Below, piece after piece: positions 1 to 8,768 of a stretch of 64,000 nucleotides of DNA (the first letter of the stretch is position 1; each line of letters starts with the position of its first letter). The notes beneath the pieces are model-generated. The model saw nothing but the letters and a program-made list of their open reading frames with translations. It was not told the DNA's origin and ran no database searches. This DNA comes from Bryobacterales bacterium (GTDB lineage: Bacteria; Acidobacteriota; Terriglobia; Bryobacterales; Bryobacteraceae): positions 20-64,019 of the forward strand of contig CAWJUX010000002.1 in assembly GCA_963846175.1 (NCBI GenBank), in the 5' to 3' direction. The translations under genes were made by a program, and so were the position numbers.

Positions 1-103
1 CCGAGATTTCGCTGTCAGCCACTCGTTGGTGCAATGCAAAAATCCGCTGCCTATCGGTCGGGCTGAATGGAATGATACTCACCGCCGCCCGGTGCCAATC
101 GTT

Positions 104-640
104 TTATGACCCAATATTCTTCATAAGACCTTCCGTTTGATGAGCACGTGACCGCACCAGTACGTGCCCCAGTTCGTGGGTAATGGCATACCCCAGCGCG
201 CGGGAGAATGTAGGCCCTTCCCTCTCGCTGAAGGCAGCCACTTTGTCCGCGAAAACCGTGACCTGGATACCGCGTTTCGCGCACGGCAAGGAATACCCAA
301 GTGCTTGCGCTGCAAAACCGGAGGGAGCGCGGGAAAGGATCTGCACTCGCAGGCTGGCTGACGTCGGGCGGTTCTCGCAGTCCCTTGGAGAGTAGGCGGT
401 GGAGTCTGTACCAAGATCGCCCAAATCCTCGAGCACGCCAGTACCCCAACGCAACTCCAGCCCAGCGGTTTGCAAGATCGTTCCGGCAATGCGTTCGGTG
501 CGGTCCAATGACTTGGCCCCCACATGTGCGGAATCGTACACCACTATCGTGATCTCTAGACGCGGCGTTTCCTGGCCCAGTGCTGCTGTAGCCAGCAGGC
601 TCAGAAACAAGCCTGTTTTCCAAATCTTGTGGGAGTGCAT
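104..640 (-). CDS. small secreted protein with C-terminal HExxH(x7)H zinc-metallopeptidase-like motif
   Basis: ORF 104..787(-). The internal ATG at 640 is preceded by GAGGAG and gives a signal-like N-terminus (MHSHKIWKTGLFLSLLATAALG). Motif AITHELGHVLVRSRAH lies near the C-terminus. Confidence 0.55.
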   Translation of the reverse strand: MHSHKIWKTGLFLSLLATAALGQETPRLEITIVVYDSAHVGAKSLDRTERIAGTILQTAGLELRWGTGVLEDLGDLGTDSTAYSPRDCENRPTSASLRVQILSRAPSGFAAQALGYSLPCAKRGIQVTVFADKVAAFSEREGPTFSRALGYAITHELGHVLVRSRAHQTEGLMKNIGS

Positions 641-844
641 CACGCTCCTCACTTCCCTGAGGGTGCGGGCATAATTTTCTTCCTGGAGAGTGCGGTTGGG
701 GGAATGTAGGGCCGCCAAAAAGAAACGAGGAATGTGAGACATTGAAGTGCCTGGTATGCAGCGAGAGTAGAAGGAATTGACCTTCAATTCTTGAGCGGCA
801 CGTGGGATTTTGATGAGGATTTCTTGAATAGGCCGCTACCGACC

Positions 845-2641
845 ATGGACGAGCGCAAGATCTACGCCTTCGACCGATTCACACTTGATCCACGAGAAAG
901 GCGGTTACTGCACGCTGGCTCCCCTGTCGCACTCGCGCCGAAAGTTCTGGACACTCTGATCGTGCTGATACAAAGTGCCGGCAGCTTATTAAGCAAAGAA
1001 GAGATTCACCGGCAACTGTGGCCCGACACGTTCGTAGAAGATGTCACCCTAGCGCGTAGCATCTCCGACTTGCGAACAGCTCTGGGACGATATTCGGAAT
1101 CGAAATACATTGAGACTGTGCCGAAGCATGGCTATCGCTTTCTGAGTGAAGTCAATGTAACGGCATATCCCAGGCCCGTCGCCAATCTTGGTGTCCCAAG
1201 CATTCAAACGTCGACGCGAAGAGGCTTGATGATTGCGGTGTTGCCATTTGCGCCGCTCGGCGATGACGGCTCCGTGCAGATCTTCGGCGACGGACTAGCC
1301 CAGGAAATCGTGCACGCTCTAAGCCGTATCGATGGACTTATGGTGGCTGCCTGCGGCTCATCATTCAGGTATCGCGGCGTCGCCTTCGACCTGCGCAAAA
1401 TCGCCGCGGAGTTGGGGACTGAACTCATCCTTCATGGCACGGTTCGAAAATCGGGCTCATGTTTTTACGTAACTGCGCAGTTGGTGGAAACAAACCGGTT
1501 CACTGTCCGATGGTCTGAACACTATCAGAAGGAATCCGCAGACCTGTTCGAACTTCAGATCGCTATCGCAAAGGTGATCGTACTGGAACTCAAACCGGAA
1601 CTACATGGCGCAGATCTGGGTATTAGACCTCTGCGCCACTCGAATCAAACAGAAGCGTGGCATTCCCTCTGGGAAGGCCGCCTCCATCAACACCGATTCA
1701 CGCCGGAAGGCCTTGCCCAGGCCGAGAGATGCTTTGAAAAGGCGATTCGTCTCGATCCAAATTATTCGCTTCCTTACTTGGGCATTGCGGGGAATCAGTA
1801 CATTAAGGCGAACCTCGCCCATGTCTGCCCCATTGAGGTGTTGCCACGGGCTTGTGACGCTATCTCCAAAGCTCTGCTTTTGGAAAGCGATTCTGGAGAT
1901 GTACACGCCGCCGCTGGGATGAACGAGGTTTTCTGGCGGTATAACTGGAGGCAGGCTGAAATCCATTTCCGTTCGGCATTGTCGCTCAACCCGTCCTCAT
2001 CCTCCGTTCATCACCTCTATGCCCTGTGGTGGCTCCGTCCGCAAGGACGATTTAAAGATGCGGTTGCCGAAAATCAACTGGCGTTGGATTTAGATCCGCT
2101 CTCGCCCTTTTTGCGTGTTGTGCAAGGTTATTTGCTGTATCTCGCCGGTGAGGATCGCGAAGCGGTTTCCGTGTGCGAGGCCGCTCTCAACTTTGACTCC
2201 AAGAACTTTCTTGCTCACCGGATTTTGGGACACATATTACAGCAGCAGGGAAAAATCCGGGACTCGAACAGAGCCTACGCCAAAGCCGTGGACCTTCCTG
2301 GAAGTTCTCCAATAGAACTGGGTTACCTCGCCGTGAGCTACGCTTTGCTCGGCGACTTTGAAAATGCGAGTAAGATCCAGGACCAGCTACGGATACCCAA
2401 GGCGGCCACTTATCTGTCTTCAACCATCATGGCCCTGATCGATCTGAGCTCCGGCTGTCCAGGGGATGCTTACAAATCGATCGAGAAAGCGGTCAAGGAA
2501 CACGATCCAAACCTATTCACAATGGCGACGGATCCGTGCTGGAGAGCCATGAACGGCTTGCAGGAATTCCAGTCGGCACTTAGGCAGATCGGCCTGAAAG
2601 TCAGGTGCCGCCCTGACTTCGAACCTGGCTCGAACTCCTGA
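845..2641 (+). CDS. CadC-like transcriptional regulator: OmpR/PhoB-type winged-helix DNA-binding domain plus TolB-like and TPR regions
   Basis: N-terminus YAFDRFTLDPRERRLL...VLDTLIVLIQSAG...IETVPKHGYRF is typical of the trans_reg_C fold. It is followed by IAVLPFAPLGDD and TPR-like repeats. ATG at 845; the ORF track opens at TTG 791. Confidence 0.75.
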   Translation: MDERKIYAFDRFTLDPRERRLLHAGSPVALAPKVLDTLIVLIQSAGSLLSKEEIHRQLWPDTFVEDVTLARSISDLRTALGRYSESKYIETVPKHGYRFLSEVNVTAYPRPVANLGVPSIQTSTRRGLMIAVLPFAPLGDDGSVQIFGDGLAQEIVHALSRIDGLMVAACGSSFRYRGVAFDLRKIAAELGTELILHGTVRKSGSCFYVTAQLVETNRFTVRWSEHYQKESADLFELQIAIAKVIVLELKPELHGADLGIRPLRHSNQTEAWHSLWEGRLHQHRFTPEGLAQAERCFEKAIRLDPNYSLPYLGIAGNQYIKANLAHVCPIEVLPRACDAISKALLLESDSGDVHAAAGMNEVFWRYNWRQAEIHFRSALSLNPSSSSVHHLYALWWLRPQGRFKDAVAENQLALDLDPLSPFLRVVQGYLLYLAGEDREAVSVCEAALNFDSKNFLAHRILGHILQQQGKIRDSNRAYAKAVDLPGSSPIELGYLAVSYALLGDFENASKIQDQLRIPKAATYLSSTIMALIDLSSGCPGDAYKSIEKAVKEHDPNLFTMATDPCWRAMNGLQEFQSALRQIGLKVRCRPDFEPGSNS

Positions 2642-2823
2642 TTCGATCAGAAAGGAGAGTTTTGGCCGAGCGAACCACGGTCCGGGCGGGATCGGGACAC
2701 GAGTATCAAACTTGTGTATCCGGGGAGGCGGAGGTGGGGTGTCCTTGCCTCCTCATCGAATCCTCATGAAATCCCAAGACAGACTACAAGACTAGTGGCC
2801 CCAACCTTCTGTATCGTTCGATT

Positions 2824-3282
2824 GTGGACTTATTCCTGAGGCCGAATCAAATAGCGGATGAACGGCTCTATAATGGCGCCCGGCTCCTGCTTTCCCTTTA
2901 CGAACTTAGGCGTGAACCCAAAATGCGTGAAGCACGGGAGTGGTTTCTGTCGTCCTTCCGTCCCCAAACAGTGGAAGACTTTCCGCGGATTTGCCCTCCA
3001 GGATCCGATCACGAAGTGTTCTTCCGAATGGTCTATAGCTATTGGGAAATGGCAGCGTCTTTCGTCACAGCCGGGATTGTGGATGAGAACCTTTTCATTC
3101 ACAACAGCAGTGAATTACTACAGGTTTGGGAACGCATTTGTGTTCTCGTTCCCCCATGGCGGAGGGCTTGGAAAAACCCGCTCATTCTCAGGAATATGGA
3201 AGAAGTCGCGCGCAAGGCAGCAGATTACCTCAACCGGGCGGATCCGGAGGCGCACGCTACCTTCGTGGCGAAAATGCGATAG
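2824..3282 (+). CDS. hypothetical protein (152 aa, GTG start)
   Basis: Uninterrupted ORF with a non-repetitive, protein-like sequence. I recognise no motif. Confidence 0.4.
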   Translation: MDLFLRPNQIADERLYNGARLLLSLYELRREPKMREAREWFLSSFRPQTVEDFPRICPPGSDHEVFFRMVYSYWEMAASFVTAGIVDENLFIHNSSELLQVWERICVLVPPWRRAWKNPLILRNMEEVARKAADYLNRADPEAHATFVAKMR

Positions 3283-3484
3283 AGCAAGAGATGCAAGCGG
3301 GCATCTCCAGCTAGCCGGAGTTGCCCTTTAGTTTGTCGCCGTGGCTGTTTTTCATTGCAGCGAAATGCTGCTTGTCTGGAACCTATAGCACTAGCGTTTA
3401 CTGTGCAAAGCGACCTGGTTGACTGTAAACTTGCAACACAGCACTGGGCGGTTAGAAAAAACCGAGAGTATACGGGGAAGAAAA

Positions 3485-5536
3485 ATGATGAAGATCCGAA
3501 CGGGGATCGTCGGGTTATTGACTGCTCTGAGTCTGACCGCAGCAACGCAGAACAACGCAGCGCCGGTTACTTACAAGGATTTTACTCGAGCCATTCGCGC
3601 CAATGATCTGGTCGCGTTGCGCAGCCTGACAGATAAGCCGGGCGCCATCAACGTCGAGAGTAGTTTGCATATGCAACCCTTGCAATACGCGGCTCTCTAT
3701 GGGTCTTTAGACGCATTGCGCATGCTTCTGGATGACGGTGCTGATCCCAATGCACGAAATCAGCAGGAAGCAACGGCTTTGATTTACGGAGCTTGGGCTC
3801 CGGCGCGAACGAAGCTGCTGGTCAATAGAGGCGCCCGGGTAAACGTTGCTGCCAAGGGCGGGACAACGCCTTTGATGCTGGCTGCCTCCGTGCTCGGCAA
3901 TACTGACAGCGTGAGGTACTTGCTCGAATATGGTGCCGACCTTAACGCAGCCGATGAGTTTGGGGACGACGCACTTATGCGGGCTGCGGCAATGGGCGAC
4001 ACGGAAATGACAGAGTTGTTGTTAATGAAAGGTGCGGATGCACGGCGTGTTGATAAGGCGGGTTTCACCGCCCTCCAGATGGCGCAAAGTTTCACCGATC
4101 AATCACGTGTGAATTTGCTCTTGAAAGCGGGCGCGGACGTCAGTGCAGCTAACACCTTTTCTGGCATTGTCAAGAATGGCCCCATTGCTCTCACCCATTT
4201 GACACCCTTGATGTTTGCGGTGCCGTTCGGCCATGCTGACACGTTGGATGCGCTCCTGAAGGCAGGAGCACGGGTAAATGATGTTGATGTTCGAAAGATG
4301 AGCCCGCTGATGCTTGCCATCGCATCAGACCAGGCGAAACCCGCCACGATACGACGGTTGATCGCGGCAGGAGCAGACGTGAACGCCAAAGACCAGAATG
4401 GTGAGTCAGTCCTCGATTGGGCGCGCAAGTTCAAACAACCGGAAATTGTTTCGCTACTCCAGCGAGCCGGGGCGCAGGGCGGCAGCGAACTCGACAATCC
4501 TCTTCCCACCGCCGATTCGACTGCCCACAGTCCCACGGAAGCGCTCGCGCGCACTCTTCCTCTGCTCGCCAAGTCAAGCAACCAGTTTTTCAAAGAGGGC
4601 GGTGGGTGCAACGGCTGTCACCACCAGATGATGGCTGCGAGAGTCTATGCGGCTGCATCAGACAAAGGCCTTTCCGTAAATGAAAACCTGCGGCGACCAT
4701 TCCGAGACGCATTGCTGGCGGAACGTCCCGCGGTCTTAGGCGGGCTCCCGCTCTTGCATGCGTTGCCCGGCGACACCGATCGAATATTGGCGCCTTTGAT
4801 GGCTCTCATTGACCTGCACGAGCCTTCAAACGATATGACGGACGCCGCCGTTCATTATCTGGCACAGCGCCAGGACGCTTCGGGTGCATGGCTCCAGACC
4901 GCCGCTCGACCACCCATCGAAGAGAGCCCTATCAGTCGGACAGCCATGGCTATTCGCGCTTTGAAGGTCTATGGCTGGGAGGCACGTCGAGTCGAGTTCG
5001 ACCAGCATATCGACCGGGCAAGACGTTGGCTGGAATCAGCTTCACCCGTAACAATATATGAGGAGGCCGATCGGATCCTTGGTCTCAGGATGGCGGGAGG
5101 CTCTACTACGGGGTTACTGCCGGATGCCAAGAAATTATTGGCTGAACAACGGCCGGACGGCGGTTGGCCGCAAACTCGTTATCTTCCGTCTGATTCCTAC
5201 GCCACCGGCCTGGTCCTTCACAGCCTCTATGCAGCAGGCTTGCTCACACCGTCCGAGCCGGCCTATGGAAAGGCTGTCGCGTTTCTATTGCGGACTCAGT
5301 TTCCGAACGGCTCATGGTACGTGCGCAGCCGAGCAGCGAAATTCCAACCCTATTTTCAAAGTGGATTTCCGTTCAATCATGATCAATGGATCTCCAGTGC
5401 CGGGACAGCTTGGGCCGCCATTGCTCTTATTGATGGCACTGAGAAGCAGGCAGCAGACCGACGTTTGGATCTTGTCAAGCGTAGAACTATCCTGCAACTG
5501 CCACTTGGCCGTATAAAGCGCACTCCGTTGACCTGA
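3485..5536 (+). CDS. secreted ankyrin-repeat protein fused to a CxxCH motif and prenyltransferase/squalene-cyclase-like repeats
   Basis: Signal-like MMKIRTGIVGLLTALSLTAATQ at ATG 3485. Multiple ankyrin-type repeats (G.TPLM.A...G....V..LL..GADVN). GGCNGCHH motif. C-terminal repeats QRQDASGAW / EQRPDGGWPQ / TQFPNGSWY. Confidence 0.7.
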   Translation: MMKIRTGIVGLLTALSLTAATQNNAAPVTYKDFTRAIRANDLVALRSLTDKPGAINVESSLHMQPLQYAALYGSLDALRMLLDDGADPNARNQQEATALIYGAWAPARTKLLVNRGARVNVAAKGGTTPLMLAASVLGNTDSVRYLLEYGADLNAADEFGDDALMRAAAMGDTEMTELLLMKGADARRVDKAGFTALQMAQSFTDQSRVNLLLKAGADVSAANTFSGIVKNGPIALTHLTPLMFAVPFGHADTLDALLKAGARVNDVDVRKMSPLMLAIASDQAKPATIRRLIAAGADVNAKDQNGESVLDWARKFKQPEIVSLLQRAGAQGGSELDNPLPTADSTAHSPTEALARTLPLLAKSSNQFFKEGGGCNGCHHQMMAARVYAAASDKGLSVNENLRRPFRDALLAERPAVLGGLPLLHALPGDTDRILAPLMALIDLHEPSNDMTDAAVHYLAQRQDASGAWLQTAARPPIEESPISRTAMAIRALKVYGWEARRVEFDQHIDRARRWLESASPVTIYEEADRILGLRMAGGSTTGLLPDAKKLLAEQRPDGGWPQTRYLPSDSYATGLVLHSLYAAGLLTPSEPAYGKAVAFLLRTQFPNGSWYVRSRAAKFQPYFQSGFPFNHDQWISSAGTAWAAIALIDGTEKQAADRRLDLVKRRTILQLPLGRIKRTPLT

Positions 5537-5590
5537 ACCCCAAAAATCCCTACAACACGTTAGCCCCCATCTTGGCCTGCGGTGGAAAAA

Positions 5591-5612
5591 TGAGACAGTC
5601 GAGTTTGGGGAC
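5591..5612. repeat. IS3 left terminal inverted repeat
   Basis: Matches the reverse complement of 7077..7098 at 20/22 positions and starts with TG. Confidence 0.8.
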
Positions 5613-5635
5613 ACTTTCAGCGAGAGGAGAAGGAA

Positions 5636-6001
5636 GTGTCAAAGCAGGCAGGTCGGCGGTGGAGCAAGTACAGTCCGGAGTTCAAGCGGACAGCAGTGGA
5701 CCGGATCGTAGCGGGCGAGAGTCCGACTGCGGTAGCGCGAGAGTTGGGCATTCGATGTAAGTTTCTGTATGCCTGGAAAGCCGCTGGAAAAGGAAGTCAG
5801 GGCGCGCCCACGGTTTCAAAGAAAGTAGATGGCGACCCGCAGGAGCAAGAGGTGGCGCGGCTGCAAAGGCGGATTGCGGAGTTAGAACGGCTCACAGGAA
5901 AGCAGACGGCGGAACTGGATTTTTTCGCCGCAGCCTTGCGCAGCGTCAAGGAGACACGCCGGAAGAGCGGCGCGCCTTCCGACGAGGAATCTACCAAGTG
6001 A
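5636..6001 (+). CDS. IS3-family transposase OrfA (HTH)
   Basis: RRWSKYSPEFKRTAVDRIVAGESPTAVARELGIRCKFLYAWK followed by a leucine-zipper-like region. GTG start after GAGAGGAGAAGG. Confidence 0.85.
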   Translation: MSKQAGRRWSKYSPEFKRTAVDRIVAGESPTAVARELGIRCKFLYAWKAAGKGSQGAPTVSKKVDGDPQEQEVARLQRRIAELERLTGKQTAELDFFAAALRSVKETRRKSGAPSDEESTK

Positions 6002-6897
6002 TTCAAGATCAGGTAGCTGCCCAAGGCCAGGCCAGTATCGAAAGAATGTGTGAACTGGGCAAGGTGAGCCGTGCGGGCTTTTATCGAGATTGGCAAGAAC
6101 GCCAGCCGCAGGAAGCAGAAGTCGCTCTTCGAGAGGTGATTCAAAAAGCCGCGCTCGCGCGGCGGACTTATGGCTATCGCCGCATCACAGCGTTTGTGCA
6201 ACGCGCCGGCATTGCTGTGGGCGAGGGCGTTGTGAGGCGTATCTTACGCAGCGATAATCTCCTGTCAGTTCGAAAGCGCAAGTTCAAGCTCACCACCCAC
6301 TCCGAGCATGGCTTCACCGTTTACCCGAATCTGGCACAGTATGTGCAGATCACAGCAGTCAACCAACTCTGGGTAGCCGACATCACCTATCTGCGTTTGG
6401 GACGTGAGTTTGTCTATCTAGCGGTGGTGCTGGATGTCTTCTCCCGACGCGTAGTAGGTTGGTCACTGGGTCGCAGTTTGCAGACGACGCTGCCGCTGTC
6501 TGCATTGAATCAAGCCATCCAAGATCGTCAGCCGGGCGCTGGCCTGGTGCATCATTCCGACCGCGGGAGCCAGTATGCCAGCAACGACTATGTGAAACGA
6601 CTGGAGGAGGTCCGCATGGTGATCAGTATGAGTCGCCCCGCCAGACCGTGGGAAAACGCGTATTGCGAGAGTTTCATGAGCACTCTCAAACGAGAACAAA
6701 TCAGTTGTCCAGGTTACGCGGCGATGGAGGATTTGCAGAACCGCATGGCCGAGTTCATCGACCAGTTCTATAACGTTCAACGATTGCATTCTGCGCTCGC
6801 TTATTGCTCCCCAGTGGAGTTTGAAACTCAGCAGGGCGCAGTTCCGCCAGCCGGCTTGAGTTTTCCCAGGCATGAGGAAATCTATCCTGATGCTTAA
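5998..6897 (+). CDS. IS3-family transposase OrfB (integrase core, DDE)
   Basis: WVADITYL...HHSDRGSQYAS...WENAYCESFMSTLKRE is typical of the rve domain. The frame is -1 relative to orfA and is open from at least 5860. Confidence 0.9.
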   Translation: MIQDQVAAQGQASIERMCELGKVSRAGFYRDWQERQPQEAEVALREVIQKAALARRTYGYRRITAFVQRAGIAVGEGVVRRILRSDNLLSVRKRKFKLTTHSEHGFTVYPNLAQYVQITAVNQLWVADITYLRLGREFVYLAVVLDVFSRRVVGWSLGRSLQTTLPLSALNQAIQDRQPGAGLVHHSDRGSQYASNDYVKRLEEVRMVISMSRPARPWENAYCESFMSTLKREQISCPGYAAMEDLQNRMAEFIDQFYNVQRLHSALAYCSPVEFETQQGAVPPAGLSFPRHEEIYPDA

Positions 6898-7076
6898 CCT
6901 AACACCCAATCAGCGAAGAGCGGAATCCCGCCCTCCGCTGTCTCATCAGGATGAGTTTCCAGCAGAATATTCCTTAGCCGGTTGCTCTCCAGCAGGGCCG
7001 GCCTCCGCTTCTTCTGCTACGCTCATCCTCAACCCGAAACTTACTATTGGCTACTGTTTTTCAGCCAATGGCAACC

Positions 7077-7098
7077 GTCCCCGAATTCGACTGTCTCA
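7077..7098. repeat. IS3 right terminal inverted repeat
   Basis: GTCCCCGAATTCGACTGTCTCA, ends with CA; partner of 5591..5612. Confidence 0.8.
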
Positions 7099-7336
7099 AC
7101 TCGTAACGCAAGCCAATCTCCTACCCCCTGGGACACCCGCCTGCCAACCTGAAACTTAACGAAATTGTTTTCAGATCAACGCCGACTGGACGCGGATCAT
7201 GGTTCGACAACTTCGTGAACGATGCTCCGAGCTATTTTCGAAGTGTCCAATACCTTCGGCCGGGATGCAGTTATTTTCCCGACACTGCATCAGTAACTTT
7301 CGCGCTCGTTAAATCGAAGCTACAGTTAATAAGGCA

Positions 7337-8005
7337 ATGGACGACCCCACCCAAACACTTCGACTCAAGCATCTGGTAGCCATTCGCTGGTTCCATTGGA
7401 TCAATTTCCCTTTGCTGGCGATGATGATCTGGAGCGGCATCCTGATCTATTGGGCCTACTCCCCCTATCACATCGGGGGCTTTCATTTCTTCCCCGATTG
7501 GTTCGTCGCCGCCCTGAACATCAAATTTCACCTGGCTGAAGGTATTGCCCTGCATCTGGTGTTTATGTGGCTCTTCATCACCAACGGCATTCTGTATGTC
7601 GGCTACACCTTAATCTCGGGCGAGTGGCGGATGCTGATCCCACGTTCTTTCACCGCCTTTCGCCACGCCTGGCAGGTTCTGCTTCATGACCTGCATCTCA
7701 GCAAGGAAATGCCGCCGCAGGATAAGTACAACGCGGCGCAGCAAATTGCCTACACGGGCATCGTACTGATGGGGATCGGCTCCTTTCTGACGGGGCTTGC
7801 CATCTATAAACCGCAACAACTCGGCTGGCTCGCGGCTCTGTTCGGCGGCTACGCCACCGCGCGGCTGATTCACTTCTGTCTCACGTTGGGCTATGTGGGC
7901 TTCTTTGTCATTCACATCACGCAAGTGGTTCTGGCGGGGTGGAACAATTTCCGCAGCATGGTGATTGGTTACGAACTGGTGAGCACAAATGACAAACCGG
8001 CATAG
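7337..8005 (+). CDS. membrane b-type cytochrome (Ni/Fe-hydrogenase/thiosulfate-reductase cytochrome b family)
   Basis: Four hydrophobic segments with conserved His residues (RWFHWINF, ALHLVFMW, RLIHFCLTLGYVGFFVIHI). It overlaps the following Mo-enzyme gene by 17 nt. Confidence 0.75.
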   Translation: MDDPTQTLRLKHLVAIRWFHWINFPLLAMMIWSGILIYWAYSPYHIGGFHFFPDWFVAALNIKFHLAEGIALHLVFMWLFITNGILYVGYTLISGEWRMLIPRSFTAFRHAWQVLLHDLHLSKEMPPQDKYNAAQQIAYTGIVLMGIGSFLTGLAIYKPQQLGWLAALFGGYATARLIHFCLTLGYVGFFVIHITQVVLAGWNNFRSMVIGYELVSTNDKPA

Positions 8006-8765
8006 AGAGTTAACGCTGCCTGAGAAAGAGGCGCAGCAGCGGCTGAAACGGATGACCCGGCGTGGCTTCCTGGCCGGCGGAGTGGCGGCGGTCGCGGGAG
8101 TTGCGGGATACACATGGCTGACAGGTCAAGGTCAGATCGGCGAGATTTCCTGGCCCCAGCGCGAAGTTTTGGATTTCAACGGCAAGTTGTCCAAAGCCTA
8201 TCTAAGTGATGTGCGCATGGCGCCCATGTTCCAGCCGAATCAGGTGGGCGTCCTGAAGCCCAATGGCGGCGAGGGTCTGGATCTGGATAACCCGGACAGC
8301 CTGACTAACTGGAAATTGATGTTTGATCCCGGTGCGGGTATTAAACCGATTGAACTCCAGATGAGCGACGTGCAAAGCCTGCCTCGTGTCGAGATGATCA
8401 CCAACTTTTGTTGTATTGAAGGTTGGAACACCGTCGCAAAGTGGACCGGCGTCCGGCTTTCAGACTTCCTCAGAAAGTACACGCCGCCCAGCCGCGAACT
8501 TCCCGGCTATGTGTACATGGCCACGCCGGGCGAAGACTACTACGTTGGTTTGGATATGAAGAGCGCTGTGCATCCGCAAACGCTGCTGGCGTGGGAATTG
8601 AATGACAAGCCGCTGACCCCGGATCACGGAGCGCCGCTTCGTCTCTCCATTCCAGTGAAGTACGGCATCAAAAATATAAAGCGCATCGGGCTGATTCGCC
8701 TGACCGACAAACAACCGGATGATTATTGGGCAGAAAATGGATACGATTGGTTTGCAGGTCTTTAA
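7989..8765 (+). CDS. molybdopterin-dependent oxidoreductase, sulfite-oxidase fold (YedY/MsrP-like), Tat-exported
   Basis: Twin-arginine signal MTRRGFLAGGVAAVAGVAG. CIEGWNTVAKWTGVRLSDFL and GAPLRLSIPVKYGIKNIKRI match the oxidoreductase molybdopterin-binding domain. Confidence 0.8.
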   Translation: MTNRHRELTLPEKEAQQRLKRMTRRGFLAGGVAAVAGVAGYTWLTGQGQIGEISWPQREVLDFNGKLSKAYLSDVRMAPMFQPNQVGVLKPNGGEGLDLDNPDSLTNWKLMFDPGAGIKPIELQMSDVQSLPRVEMITNFCCIEGWNTVAKWTGVRLSDFLRKYTPPSRELPGYVYMATPGEDYYVGLDMKSAVHPQTLLAWELNDKPLTPDHGAPLRLSIPVKYGIKNIKRIGLIRLTDKQPDDYWAENGYDWFAGL

Positions 8766-8768
8766 ATT

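Larger units (their letters stand above)
5591..7098 (+). mobile_element. IS3-family insertion sequence (1508 bp) with orfA/orfB and TG...CA imperfect terminal inverted repeats
   Basis: Left end TGAGACAGTCGAGTTTGGGGAC (5591..5612). The reverse complement of the right end (7077..7098) is TGAGACAGTCGAATTCGGGGAC, 20/22 identical. It encloses an HTH orfA and a DDE/rve orfB lying in the -1 frame relative to orfA. Confidence 0.85.

Noticed and set aside
51-623. 190-aa and 134-aa minus-strand ORFs overlapping the 104..640 gene in other frames
   Set aside because: These are alternative frames of a gene whose chosen frame has a signal peptide, an RBS and an HExxH motif. They are Arg/Gly/Pro-rich, as is typical of off-frame GC-rich translation.
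5586-7103. Target-site duplication flanking the IS3 element
   Set aside because: The flanks are AAAAA on the left and ACTCG on the right, with no 3-5 bp direct repeat. This is reported as an absence rather than a feature.
6872-7159. 95-aa ORF spanning the right end of the IS3 element
   Set aside because: It crosses the IS boundary and the terminal inverted repeat, has low complexity and has no support as a gene.
7264-7291. 8-bp-stem hairpin GATGCAGT-N12-ACTGCATC upstream of the cytochrome b gene, considered as a terminator
   Set aside because: No T-tract follows on either strand. Its function cannot be assigned from sequence alone.
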